This document shows positions 10,602 to 19,657 of a stretch of DNA of 64,000 nt, piece after piece. The notes under the pieces are model-generated. The model made no database searches and was not told the DNA's origin. It saw nothing but the letters and a program-made list of their open reading frames with translations. The first letter of the stretch is position 1, and every line of letters begins with the position of its first letter. Where the stretch lies: the NCBI GenBank assembly GCA_963822585.1, contig CAWGIE010000010.1, forward strand, positions 128,001 to 192,000. Reading direction: 5' to 3'. This DNA comes from an uncultured bacterium (lineage in GTDB: Bacteria; Auribacterota; Erginobacteria; Erginobacterales; Erginobacteraceae). The position numbers and the translations under genes are program-made.

Positions 10602-11426
10602 ATGAAGATAACGTTTACCAAGATGCAGGGGCTGGGGAACGACTTCATCCTGATCGAGGATCGGGACGGCCGCCTCGGGCTTTCCCCGGACCGGGTCAGG
10701 TTTCTCTGCGACCGGCACTTTGGGATCGGCGCGGACGGGGTCATCATTGTCGCCCCGGGGGAGCGGGCGGATCTGAAGATGCGGGTGTACAACCCGGATG
10801 GTTCCGAGGCCGAGATGTGCGGCAACGGGATCCGCTGTTTCGCCCTGTACGCCCGCGACCGGGGGCTGATCGAGGAGGAAGAAATGAGCGTGGAGACCCC
10901 GGCCGGGATCATGCGCCCGCGGATCGCGGGCGGCCGGGTGATCGTCGACATGGGGGAGCCGGTGCTGGAAAGCTCCCGGATCCCGGTCGCCCTCCCCGGC
11001 CGGGTGATCGACCACCCCGCCGTTTTCGGCCCTTACCGGGTCCGAATAACCTGTGTTTCCATGGGGAACCCGCACTGCGTCATCTTCTATCCTCCGGACG
11101 AAAAGCCGCCGGTCGGTGATCTGGGGCCGATCGTCGAGACCGACGGTCTTTTCCCGGAGAGAACGAATGTGGAATTTGTCCAGGTGCTCAATAAACGGGA
11201 GATGCGGTTCGCGGTCTGGGAACGGGGCGCGGGCCAAACCCTCGCCTGCGGCACGGGGGCCTGCGCCGCCGTGGCGGCGGGGGTTCTCACGGGAAGAACC
11301 GGCCGCGACGTAGAGGTTCATCTTCCGGGAGGGGATCTCCGGGTGGAGTGGCGGGACGACAATCATATTTTCATGACCGGCCCGGCGGCGTATGTGTTCG
11401 AGGGCGAGGTTGAACTCCAAGAATAA
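10602..11426 (+). CDS. dapF: Diaminopimelate epimerase
   Basis: KMQGLGNDF, GIGADG, EMCGNGIRC, GNPHC, ERGAG.TLACGTGAC. Confidence 0.99.
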   Translation: MKITFTKMQGLGNDFILIEDRDGRLGLSPDRVRFLCDRHFGIGADGVIIVAPGERADLKMRVYNPDGSEAEMCGNGIRCFALYARDRGLIEEEEMSVETPAGIMRPRIAGGRVIVDMGEPVLESSRIPVALPGRVIDHPAVFGPYRVRITCVSMGNPHCVIFYPPDEKPPVGDLGPIVETDGLFPERTNVEFVQVLNKREMRFAVWERGAGQTLACGTGACAAVAAGVLTGRTGRDVEVHLPGGDLRVEWRDDNHIFMTGPAAYVFEGEVELQE

Positions 11427-11469
11427 ATAATGCTTTACCCGGAAGTCGAATGGAGATAGAGAATATAGG

Positions 11470-11568
11470 GTAATGGACTGAAGAAGTGATGGAGTAATGG
11501 AGTGATGGAATGATGGAAGTCGCCCATCCGATACCCCAATACTCCAGTACTCCAGTACTCCAGTACTC
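11470..11568. repeat. Inverted octamer tandem-repeat element
   Basis: GGAGTAATGGAGTGATGGAATGATGG...TACTCCAGTACTCCAGTACTCCAG. Confidence 0.85.
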
Positions 11569-11633
11569 TGGGGTGGGATTTTATAGTAACAAACGAATGT
11601 TTTATAGTGATGCATTAAGCACGGGAGATTACC

Positions 11634-12500
11634 ATGTTTGAAGGATCAATGACGGCGATCGTGACACCGTTCAACGCCGGCGCGATCGACTTTGATTCAC
11701 TCGGCGCCCTGATCGAGTTCCAGGTCGAGAACGGAACCGCCGCGATCGTTCCCTGCGGGACGACCGGGGAATCGCCGACCCTATCTCATGAGGAGCATGA
11801 CCGGGTGGTCGAATTCGCCGTCGAGAAAGCGGCCGGCCGGGTGAAGGTGATCGCCGGGGCCGGTTCTAACAGCACCCGGGAGGCCCTCCGCCTGACCACC
11901 CACGCCCAGGAGGCCGGCGCCGACGGGGCCCTGGTTATCACTCCGTATTACAACAAGCCGACCCAGAGAGGGATGATCGAACATTTCAGCCTGCTGGCCG
12001 GGGAGACGGAGATCCCCCTGGTCCTCTATAACGTGCCGGGCCGGACCGGCGTCAAGCTGGAGCCGGAAACGATCGCGGAACTGGCCGACAATGAGCATAT
12101 CGTGGCCGTGAAGGAAGCCTGCGGGTCGGTCGATCAGGTCAACCAGATACTCAACCTCTGCGATATTACCGTGATCTCGGGCGACGACATGCTGACGCTG
12201 CCGATGATGTCGGTCGGCGCCCGGGGGGTGATTTCGGTGGCCGCCAATATCGTTCCCCGGGACGTTGCCCGGTTGGTTCGCGCCGCCCTGGAGGGCAGGT
12301 GGGACGAGGCCCGTCGCGTCCATTTTTGCCTCTATTCGCTCTTCCAGATGATGTTTATCGAGACCAACCCGATCCCGGTCAAGACCTCCCTGGCGATGAT
12401 GGGGAAGATCCGGGAGGAGTTCAGGCTGCCCCTCTGTGGGCTCTCTCCCGCCCACCGGGTGGAGCTGGAGGATCTCCTCCAGAGATACGAATTACTATAA
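11634..12500 (+). CDS. dapA: 4-hydroxy-tetrahydrodipicolinate synthase
   Basis: GTTGES, PYYNKP, YNVPGRTG, KEA, ETNPIPVK. Confidence 0.99.
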   Translation: MFEGSMTAIVTPFNAGAIDFDSLGALIEFQVENGTAAIVPCGTTGESPTLSHEEHDRVVEFAVEKAAGRVKVIAGAGSNSTREALRLTTHAQEAGADGALVITPYYNKPTQRGMIEHFSLLAGETEIPLVLYNVPGRTGVKLEPETIAELADNEHIVAVKEACGSVDQVNQILNLCDITVISGDDMLTLPMMSVGARGVISVAANIVPRDVARLVRAALEGRWDEARRVHFCLYSLFQMMFIETNPIPVKTSLAMMGKIREEFRLPLCGLSPAHRVELEDLLQRYELL

Positions 12501-12631
12501 TTTCCGCGAAGCGGAAATTATAGTATCTCCGCCCCGATGTCATCGGGGCGCATACAAATGGAAGAATCAATATTTTTAAACAATCCGAGGTAAGAACACA
12601 CATACTAAGCAGAATATCAACTAGTAGACAC

Positions 12632-12710
12632 GTCATTGCGAGGAACGCAGTAACGAAGCAATCTCAATCAACGGGAAAAGAAGAGATTGCTTCGCTGCGC
12701 TCGCAATGAC
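12632..12710. repeat. REP-like palindrome GTCATTGCGAG...GAAGCAATCTC...GAGATTGCTTC...CTCGCAATGAC (half copy at 17100-17132)
   Basis: Two-part inverted repeat seen directly. Confidence 0.85.
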
Positions 12711-12767
12711 CAACGTAAAGAATGCAATCTGTTTAAGGTTGCGCTTAGTTGTGGAGTATGTAGTGTG

Positions 12768-13565
12768 ATGATAAAAATTATCATTTGCGGGGCGGGGGGG
12801 AGGATGGGGGGACGGATTATCGCCTGTGCCCGGGAGGAAGGGGATATTGAGATCGCCGGAGCGGTCGATCGCCCGGACCATCCCGCCCGGGGGCGGGACG
12901 CCGGGGATCTCGCCGGCGCGGGGCGGCTGTCCCTTCCCCTGACGGGTTCGCTGGAGGAAGTGATCGACTCGGGCGACGTCGTGATCGACTTCTCCGCGCC
13001 GCTCTCGACGCTGGAAAACGCCGCCGTGGCCGCCGCGCATGGAAAAGCGCTGGTGGTCGGGACCACCGGTCTCAGCCCCGATCAGGAAACGCGCCTCCAG
13101 GAGATCGCGGCCGGGGTGGCCTGTGTCTTCTCCCCGAACATGAGCGTGGGGGTTAACCTTCTTTCCCGGCTGGTGGAGGAGACCGCGGCCGCTCTCGGCG
13201 ACGGCTACGACATCGAGATTGTCGAAGTCCATCACCGCTTCAAGAAAGACGCCCCCAGCGGGACCGCACGCATGCTGGCCGCGGCTGCCGCCCGCGCCCT
13301 CGTTCGCGACCCGGACGCCGTCGCGGTTTGTGGCCGCAAAGGGATGACCGGGGAGAGAACGAGGGAAGAGATCGGGATCCACTCCGTCCGCGCCGGGGAC
13401 ATCGTCGGCGATCATACCGTTATCTTTTCCGCCCCCGGGGAGCGGCTGGAACTGATCCACCGGGCCCACAGCCGGGACACCTTCGCCCGGGGAGCGCTGC
13501 GGGCGGCCCGTTTCGCCGCCGCCGCTCCTCCCGGCTTCTATACGATGGCCGATGTTTTACGATGA
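12768..13565 (+). CDS. dapB: 4-hydroxy-tetrahydrodipicolinate reductase (start revised to ATG 12768)
   Basis: GAGGRMG, IDFS, GTTG, E.HHRFKKDAPSGTA, FARGA. Confidence 0.98.
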   Translation: MIKIIICGAGGRMGGRIIACAREEGDIEIAGAVDRPDHPARGRDAGDLAGAGRLSLPLTGSLEEVIDSGDVVIDFSAPLSTLENAAVAAAHGKALVVGTTGLSPDQETRLQEIAAGVACVFSPNMSVGVNLLSRLVEETAAALGDGYDIEIVEVHHRFKKDAPSGTARMLAAAAARALVRDPDAVAVCGRKGMTGERTREEIGIHSVRAGDIVGDHTVIFSAPGERLELIHRAHSRDTFARGALRAARFAAAAPPGFYTMADVLR

Positions 13566-13652
13566 CTGTCAGTGTAATTCCTGCGCGATTCATCATCATA
13601 AAACATACTTTAGATATATTTTTTACGAAGTAAAAAATAAAGGAGATACGCC

Positions 13653-13916
13653 ATGTTTACCACGGTAAAAGGAAAGATCGACAGACTGATGGAGGCGGGG
13701 TTCATCACCCGCTACCGAACGGCTCAGCGGGCCTGGGAAAGGCTCCGGGCCCGGGAGCCGGTCCTCTTCAAGTTGATGGAAGGGGATCGGGCGGTGAGAC
13801 AGATTTTCGCCGAGCCGGACACGCTGGGAGCCTATTTCCGGGAGATACCGGTGGCGGATGATTACTGCCGTTTCCATGAAGATCCGATAGATGACGAGGA
13901 GGAGGGAGGAGAATAG
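13653..13916 (+). CDS. Small hypothetical protein with acidic tail
   Basis: AGGAG 7 nt before ATG; co-oriented with the cluster; no family recognised. Confidence 0.6.
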   Translation: MFTTVKGKIDRLMEAGFITRYRTAQRAWERLRAREPVLFKLMEGDRAVRQIFAEPDTLGAYFREIPVADDYCRFHEDPIDDEEEGGE

Positions 13917-13987
13917 TCCGTTGTTTCGAAATACGACATGCAGATCAGCATAAAGCGTGATCAGCCGTTCGGGGGAAGATAAAAGCG

Positions 13988-14114
13988 GATCAGATAATCA
14001 GGAAATCAGTGGGAAGGGGATCAGAATATCAGAGGATCAGTCGGCTCGGCCGGCCTCATCTGATAACCTGATCTGCCGGTATTCTGCTTACTGATTCCCT
14101 GATAATCTGATATC
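13988..14114. repeat. Inverted 8-9-mer repeat element (ATCAG)n...(CTGAT)n
   Basis: GGATCAGATAATCAGGAAATCAG...CTGATTCCCTGATAATCTGATATCC. Confidence 0.75.
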
Positions 14115-14212
14115 CAATCCGAGGACCAAGATACCCTCTGTTAATTCCCGGGCAGAAACCCCCACGGTCATCGCCGAAAGCGTTACATCTCATAAAGGAT
14201 TAAAACTTTATC

Positions 14213-15388
14213 ATGAATTTCACGGTATCCGAGCGTCTGAAAAAACTCCCCCCGTATCTTTTTGCCGAGATTGACCGGGTGAAACGGGAACTGCGCGCAG
14301 AAGGGAAGGAGTTGATCGATCTCGGTGTCGGCGACCCGGATCAGCCGACACCGCCCCACATCGTTGACGCCCTGGCCCGCGCCGCCCGGGACCCGTCCAC
14401 CCACACCTACGCGCTTGATTTTGGCATGGAGGAACTGCGCCAGGCGATCGCGGACTGGTATCGCCGACGGTTCGATGTCGATCTCGATCCGGATACCGAG
14501 ATCCTCCCCCTGCTCGGCTCCAAGGAGGGGATCGCTCACCTCCCGCTGGCTTTCGTCAACCCGGGGGAGACGGTCCTGGTCCCCGACCCGGGCTATCCGG
14601 TCTACGGCTCGGGAACCATCTTCGCGGGCGGGGTCCCGGTGGCGATGCCTCTGAGGGAGGAGAACGGCTTTCTGGCCGATCTGGACGCCATCGCGAAGAA
14701 AACGGCGGAGAAGGCCCGAATGATCTTCCTCAACTACCCCAACAACCCCACCGCCGCCGTCTGCGGGATTGAGTACCTGGCCGCCGCCGCCGATTTCGCC
14801 GCCCGCTACGGGATCATCCTCTGTCACGATGCCGCCTATACCGAACTTGCTTACGACGGATATTGCCCCCCCAGCTTCCTCCAGGTCCCCTCGGCGAAGG
14901 AGGTGGGGATCGAGTTCCATTCGCTTTCCAAGACCTACAACATGACCGGCTGGCGGGTCGGTTTCGCCGCCGGCAACAAGGAAATCATCAAGGGCTTGAG
15001 CAAGGTCAAATCGAATATCGACTCCGGGATCTTCCGGGCGGTCCAGTACGCGGCGCTCGCCGCCCTCAACGGACCCCAGGAGTTCCGGATCGACCTGCTC
15101 GATATGTACCGGGAAAGAAGGGACACCCTGGTCGACGGCCTCAACTCCCTGGGCTGGGCGGTCCCCCGGCCGAAGGCCACCTTCTATGTCTGGTGCCGGA
15201 CGCCTTCAGGGTATGGCTCATCAGCGTTCACGGCCCTTCTGCTGGAAGAAGCCGGGATCGTCACCACACCCGGCGTCGGCCTGGGCCCCTCCGGAGAAGG
15301 CTACGTCAGGATGGCCCTGACCCGGCCCGTTGATGAGCTGGTCCAGGCGGTGGAACGGTTAAAGAAGCTCAAGGTATTTAGTTCATAG
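14213..15388 (+). CDS. dapL: LL-diaminopimelate aminotransferase (class I PLP aminotransferase)
   Basis: LPPYLFAEID, LGSKEGI, NYPNNPT, SLSKTYNMTGWR; located in the dap/lys cluster. Confidence 0.85.
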   Translation: MNFTVSERLKKLPPYLFAEIDRVKRELRAEGKELIDLGVGDPDQPTPPHIVDALARAARDPSTHTYALDFGMEELRQAIADWYRRRFDVDLDPDTEILPLLGSKEGIAHLPLAFVNPGETVLVPDPGYPVYGSGTIFAGGVPVAMPLREENGFLADLDAIAKKTAEKARMIFLNYPNNPTAAVCGIEYLAAAADFAARYGIILCHDAAYTELAYDGYCPPSFLQVPSAKEVGIEFHSLSKTYNMTGWRVGFAAGNKEIIKGLSKVKSNIDSGIFRAVQYAALAALNGPQEFRIDLLDMYRERRDTLVDGLNSLGWAVPRPKATFYVWCRTPSGYGSSAFTALLLEEAGIVTTPGVGLGPSGEGYVRMALTRPVDELVQAVERLKKLKVFSS

Positions 15389-15426
15389 GTATGCGGTGAT
15401 CGATGATCTAATTATAGTCCGAAGCT

Positions 15427-15650
15427 AAATCCCAAATCACAAATCCCAAATAACAAACAAATCCCAAATCACAAATCCCAAATCCCAAATCACAAACTCG
15501 CCTGGCCGGGGGGGGCTGATTGGGGGCCACATACAAGCAATGGCATGTCGGGGTTGACCGCGTAGGTGCCTGTGTTGCGCCATTTGTTTGGAATTTTGAT
15601 ATTGGGATTTGTAATTTATTTGGAATTTGGTGCTTGGATTTTGGAATTTA
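15427..15650. repeat. Inverted heptamer element (AAATCCC/AAATCAC)n...(TTGGAAT/TTGGGAT)n
   Basis: Seen directly between dapL and folK. Confidence 0.85.
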
Positions 15651-15684
15651 ATGTAGCAGCCTTTGTAATTTCCCGAATAAAACT

Positions 15685-16194
15685 ATGTATAGATGTTTGC
15701 AGATTGACGCCTTTATCTCCTTGGGATCAAACCGGGGCGACCGGGCGGGCAACATCAGGCACGCGCTCTTCCTGCTCGGCCGGGTCCCGGGGATACGGGT
15801 GACGGATGCTTCCGCTCTCTACGAGAGCGATCCCCTCTATCTCCGCGAGCAGGCGTCATTCCTCAACTGCGTGACGGTGCTGATGACGGGGCTGGAGCCC
15901 CATCAACTGCTCGGCGTATGTAAAGGGATCGAAGAAGCGATGGGGAGGGAGCGGGGGAGGCGATACGGACCCCGGATCATCGACCTCGATATCGTCTCCT
16001 ACGGGCGGCGTGTCATCCGGACCCGGGAGCTGTCCATCCCCCATCCGGGCCTGGAAGAGCGGCGGTTTGTCCTCCTCCCGCTGAGCATGATAGCGCCCTA
16101 CTGGCGAGACCCCTTCCGGGACCGGAGCGTGCGGGAACTCCTGCGCGCCCGGGGAGAGGATGAAGGGGTGTCGTATTATGGAGAGATCGCATGA
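15685..16194 (+). CDS. folK: 2-amino-4-hydroxy-6-hydroxymethyldihydropteridine diphosphokinase
   Basis: SLGSN.GDR, FLN, GPRIIDLDI, IPHP....RRFVL.PL. Confidence 0.96.
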   Translation: MYRCLQIDAFISLGSNRGDRAGNIRHALFLLGRVPGIRVTDASALYESDPLYLREQASFLNCVTVLMTGLEPHQLLGVCKGIEEAMGRERGRRYGPRIIDLDIVSYGRRVIRTRELSIPHPGLEERRFVLLPLSMIAPYWRDPFRDRSVRELLRARGEDEGVSYYGEIA

Positions 16195-16997
16195 ATGAAG
16201 CGCAGAAAGTGACGGTTGCCACCATCAGGAAGAAAAAGCGGGAGGGGCAGAAGATCGTCACCCTTACCGCGTATGACTACTTCACCTCCCGGCTGATGAA
16301 CGAGGCGGGGGTTGACCTGATCCTGGTCGGCGACTCGCTGGGGAACGTGGTCCTGGGATACGAGAACACGGTCCCGGTCACCATGGCGGACATGCTCCAT
16401 CACACCAAGGCGGTCGTCCGGGGTAACAGCCGGTGCCTGGTGGTGGCCGACATGCCTTTTCTCTCCTACCAGGTGAACGACGATGAGGCGCTGCGCAACG
16501 CCGGCCGTTTTATCCAGGAAGCGGGCGCCCATGCCGTCAAGCTGGAGGGGGGGAAGGAGTTCGCCCCGCTGGTGGGAAAGATGGTCCGGGCCGGTATCCC
16601 CGTGCTCGGGCACATCGGCCTCCTTCCCCAGAGTATTTTGAAGAACGGGTCCTACATCGTGGCGGGGAAGGATGATGCGTCGGCCGGGAAGCTGCTGGAA
16701 GACGCCCGCTCCCTGGAAGAGGCGGGGGCTTTCGCGGTGGTCCTGGAATGCGTCACGGCCCGGGCGGCGGGAGAGATCACGAAGGCGATCTCCATACCCA
16801 CCATCGGGATCGGGTCCGGCCCGCTCTGCGACGGGCAGGTCCTGGTCGTTCACGACCTCCTTGGTCTCTGCGGTCAATTCCGGCCCCGGTTTGTGAAACA
16901 GTACGCGGACCTTAACAAGATAATGCTCGAAGCCTTTACGGCATATAAGAAAGAGGTGAAGGAAGGTATTTTCCCTGACGCAGATCATTCCTTCTAA
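16191..16997 (+). CDS. panB: 3-methyl-2-oxobutanoate hydroxymethyltransferase
   Basis: LTAYD, LVGDSLG, ADMPF, VKLEGG, IGIGSG..CDGQVLV. Confidence 0.99.
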   Translation: MNEAQKVTVATIRKKKREGQKIVTLTAYDYFTSRLMNEAGVDLILVGDSLGNVVLGYENTVPVTMADMLHHTKAVVRGNSRCLVVADMPFLSYQVNDDEALRNAGRFIQEAGAHAVKLEGGKEFAPLVGKMVRAGIPVLGHIGLLPQSILKNGSYIVAGKDDASAGKLLEDARSLEEAGAFAVVLECVTARAAGEITKAISIPTIGIGSGPLCDGQVLVVHDLLGLCGQFRPRFVKQYADLNKIMLEAFTAYKKEVKEGIFPDADHSF

Positions 16998-17178
16998 CTT
17001 TTTACTTCGTAAAAAGTTAAGTTCCTGTTTTTGATATACAATCAACCTTGAAGCAGCGATAGCCGCAGGTTTTAAAGGTTGTCCGACAATTCTTCAAATG
17101 TCATTGCGAGCCCGTAAGGGCGAAGCAATCTCCTTTCAATTAGCTTCATGTTCTTCATGTCCTTCATGGTGAAATAAT

Positions 17179-18018
17179 ATGATTGTTATTCAATCTCCCC
17201 GGGAGATGCAGGAGAAGTCCCTCGCCTTCAAGCGGGAGGGCAAGACCATCTCCTGTGTTCCTACCATGGGATTCCTCCACGAAGGGCACCTGAGCCTGAT
17301 GCGCGCGGCCCGGGCAGCCGCTGATGTATTAGTAGTCACCATCTTCGTCAACCCGGCCCAGTTCGGCCCCTCCGAAGATTTCTCGACCTACCCCCGGGAC
17401 CTGGACCGCGACCTCGATCTCTGCCGGAAAGAAGGCGTTGATATCGTCTTTACCCCCGAAACCTCCGACATCTATCCGGAAGGATACTCCACCTATGTTG
17501 AGGAGACCGCTCTCTCCCGGGGCCTGTGCGGCGCCCTGCGCCCCGGCCACTTCCGGGGGGTGGCGACGGTGGTGGCCAAGCTCTTCAATATTCTACAGCC
17601 GGATCGCGCTTTCTTCGGCCGGAAAGACTACCAGCAGCTCCGCGTTATCGCCAAGATGGTCGAGGATCTTAATATGCCGGTCGAGATCATCGGCTGCCCG
17701 ATCGTCCGGGAGAAGGACAGCCTGGCGATGAGTTCCCGGAATAAGTATCTGAACCCGGAAGAGAGAAAGGAGGCCCTCTGCCTCCGCCGGGCGCTTCTCC
17801 GGGCGGAGGAGTTGGTTAAAGGCGGGGAACGATCGGTCTCCGCGATCATCGCCGAGATGAGAACGATGATCGAGAAGGAACCCCGCGCCCGGATCGACTA
17901 CATCGAGATCCGGGACGGAGAGACCCTGGAGCCAGTCGAACGGGTCGGGGAGGGGACGCTGATCGCCCTTGCGGTCTTCATCGGCAAAACCCGCCTGATC
18001 GACAATGCCGTTCTCTAA
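17179..18018 (+). CDS. panC: Pantoate--beta-alanine ligase
   Basis: [43 protein letters not shown]. Confidence 0.99.
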   Translation: MIVIQSPREMQEKSLAFKREGKTISCVPTMGFLHEGHLSLMRAARAAADVLVVTIFVNPAQFGPSEDFSTYPRDLDRDLDLCRKEGVDIVFTPETSDIYPEGYSTYVEETALSRGLCGALRPGHFRGVATVVAKLFNILQPDRAFFGRKDYQQLRVIAKMVEDLNMPVEIIGCPIVREKDSLAMSSRNKYLNPEERKEALCLRRALLRAEELVKGGERSVSAIIAEMRTMIEKEPRARIDYIEIRDGETLEPVERVGEGTLIALAVFIGKTRLIDNAVL

Positions 18019-18129
18019 CACCACAAATTCCATTCGGCAAACGTCCCGCAAGCTTTTGGGACGCAAGACCCCGCGGTTTTACGCCGTGGGTGAATCAGTC
18101 CACAAGCTACCCGCGCCACTTCCGCCTTT

Positions 18130-18486
18130 CCCCCAGACCCCCGCGGCTTTTGCCCCGAGATGGCGAAACTATTTTTCTGGGTTACGCCGCGAGTAAATCA
18201 TTTCATCAGCTAATCAGTCATTCCAAAACACACAACGGCCCCTGCCGGTTCACCCGGCAGGGGAGAAAGTTCAAAAGCTACACACCGGATATCCACACTC
18301 CCTAACCGTGCCCGACAACTATGCCAACATAAGTTCATATAGTATGATATTGCCAGGCCATAGTGAAATTTACCAAAGCCGGTTTGGTCCAAACCAGGGA
18401 CAAGACCCGTCAAAACATGTCTTGATATGCCGGAATCTTTCTGCTGAAATATAAAAGAAGAACTTCGGTGTAATCTATTGTTCGTC
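18130..18486 (+). promoter_or_regulatory. Promoter + attI-like module, copy A (middle replaced by a second repeat at 18234-18320)
   Basis: TTGATA(18422)-17bp-TGAAAT, then AAGAACTTCGGTGTAATCTATT/GTTCGTC. Confidence 0.7.
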
Positions 18487-18544
18487 AGAGAAATAACCTT
18501 GCTGCAGTCTGTCGCACGAACTATACTCTAAATCGACATGTACC

Positions 18545-18784
18545 CTGGATGCTGGATGCCAACTCATTGGTGAGATCAGCGACATTGAGACCATCACCAG
18601 CGGCAATCGAATTCGCGATCTCCGCCGCCTGCGGCGGGACTATGGCAACGGCCGGTGGCGCAAGCTCAAGGGAAACGCGATGGTTCGGTTGCCAGACGGT
18701 ACGATCACGAAGGCCGAAGTCCACTGGTACGAGATGAGTAACGTCGGTCGCAAGGAAATCAAGGTTAAACGATTCATATCCTAG
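18545..18784 (+). CDS. Small basic hypothetical protein of a recurrent two-gene (TA-like) pair; no in-frame ATG, absent from the ORF track
   Basis: Open frame LIGEISDIETITSGNRIRDLRRLRRDYGNGRWRKLKG...VHWYE...KVKRFIS*, ending 2 nt before its partner. Confidence 0.65.
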   Translation: MDAGCQLIGEISDIETITSGNRIRDLRRLRRDYGNGRWRKLKGNAMVRLPDGTITKAEVHWYEMSNVGRKEIKVKRFIS

Positions 18785-18786
18785 CC

Positions 18787-19014
18787 ATGCAAAGCAAAAC
18801 ACCAGAGTATGTTGTCTGTGTCCGAAATGAGGACTACACCGCCTCTCTCGAGTTGAGGAAGATCTATGCGGTGATCCCTGATTCGGAGGCAGAATCGCAC
18901 GGCATGATCCGGTTGAAGGACGAGTCGGGAGAAGATTATCTTTATCCCCGAGACTTCTTCCTGCCAATCGAGGTCCCCCAGTCCGTGTCCCATGCGTTCG
19001 CGACGGCTTTCTGA
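18787..19014 (+). CDS. Small acidic hypothetical protein (partner of the previous gene)
   Basis: VCV.N.DY.ASLE.RKIY and DESGEDYLYP motifs; followed by an attC-like site. Confidence 0.75.
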   Translation: MQSKTPEYVVCVRNEDYTASLELRKIYAVIPDSEAESHGMIRLKDESGEDYLYPRDFFLPIEVPQSVSHAFATAF

Positions 19015-19153
19015 AAAGGGACCGCCAGAACAAGAGCATGGAGGCTATAACTTGACCGAGAACGGTCAAGTTGAGCCTGTTGAGTCGGCGCTCGCGCGGC
19101 GGTTCAACGCGGCTCTGCTTCGCCAGTGTGCGGCTGCTCCGTGGCTTCCCGGA

Positions 19154-19239
19154 GCCCAACCACATGCTGGAGCCTACGCCGGTCCCCGAGCCGCCCCCGG
19201 GGCGCTCCGCTCCCGTCGAGGTTTAGTGCCACGGTAGAT
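19154..19239 (+). other. attC-like site closing a non-coding cassette (19079-19160)
   Basis: GCCCAAC CACAT GCTGGAGCCT...GAGGTTTAGT GCCAC GGTAGAT. Confidence 0.6.
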
Positions 19240-19280
19240 GCCAGTACACGAACGGATATACTGTCCCCTCTAGAAGACGA

Positions 19281-19520
19281 ATGAGGAGATCAGAATGGCC
19301 AAACAAGAAATCAATGGAGCGGGCGATACTGATGAGACTGCTTTGCCGTTTTTGCCTGATTACTCAGCCCGGGATTGGGAAGTTGATAGGAGGAATAGAT
19401 TATAGCGCGATCAGCCAGGCGTGGAAAAGGTTGCGGCCGCTGATCCGAAATGGAGGGAAAAGTCCGAGCGGATATGCGAGCAATTTCTTCAAGTGTCAAG
19501 GGGAAAGATTTGCCCCCCCC
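19281..19520 (+). pseudogene. Remnant of the C-terminal HTH of a REP-associated (Y1/RAYT-like) transposase
   Basis: ITQPGIGKLIGGIDYSAISQAWKRL resembles the DnaA_C-like HTH tail of such transposases; no catalytic domain present. Confidence 0.45.
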
Positions 19521-19657
19521 ATCGTGTTCACGGTTAAGCTGGTCTTTTCAGCGATAATTTTATAAAATTATCATAATTGCAGTTGGTAAGAAGCATCAAT
19601 CGGTGAGCGATACGCCGATCGGAGCCTTTTATTAACCCGTTGAAAGAGGATTGCGCG

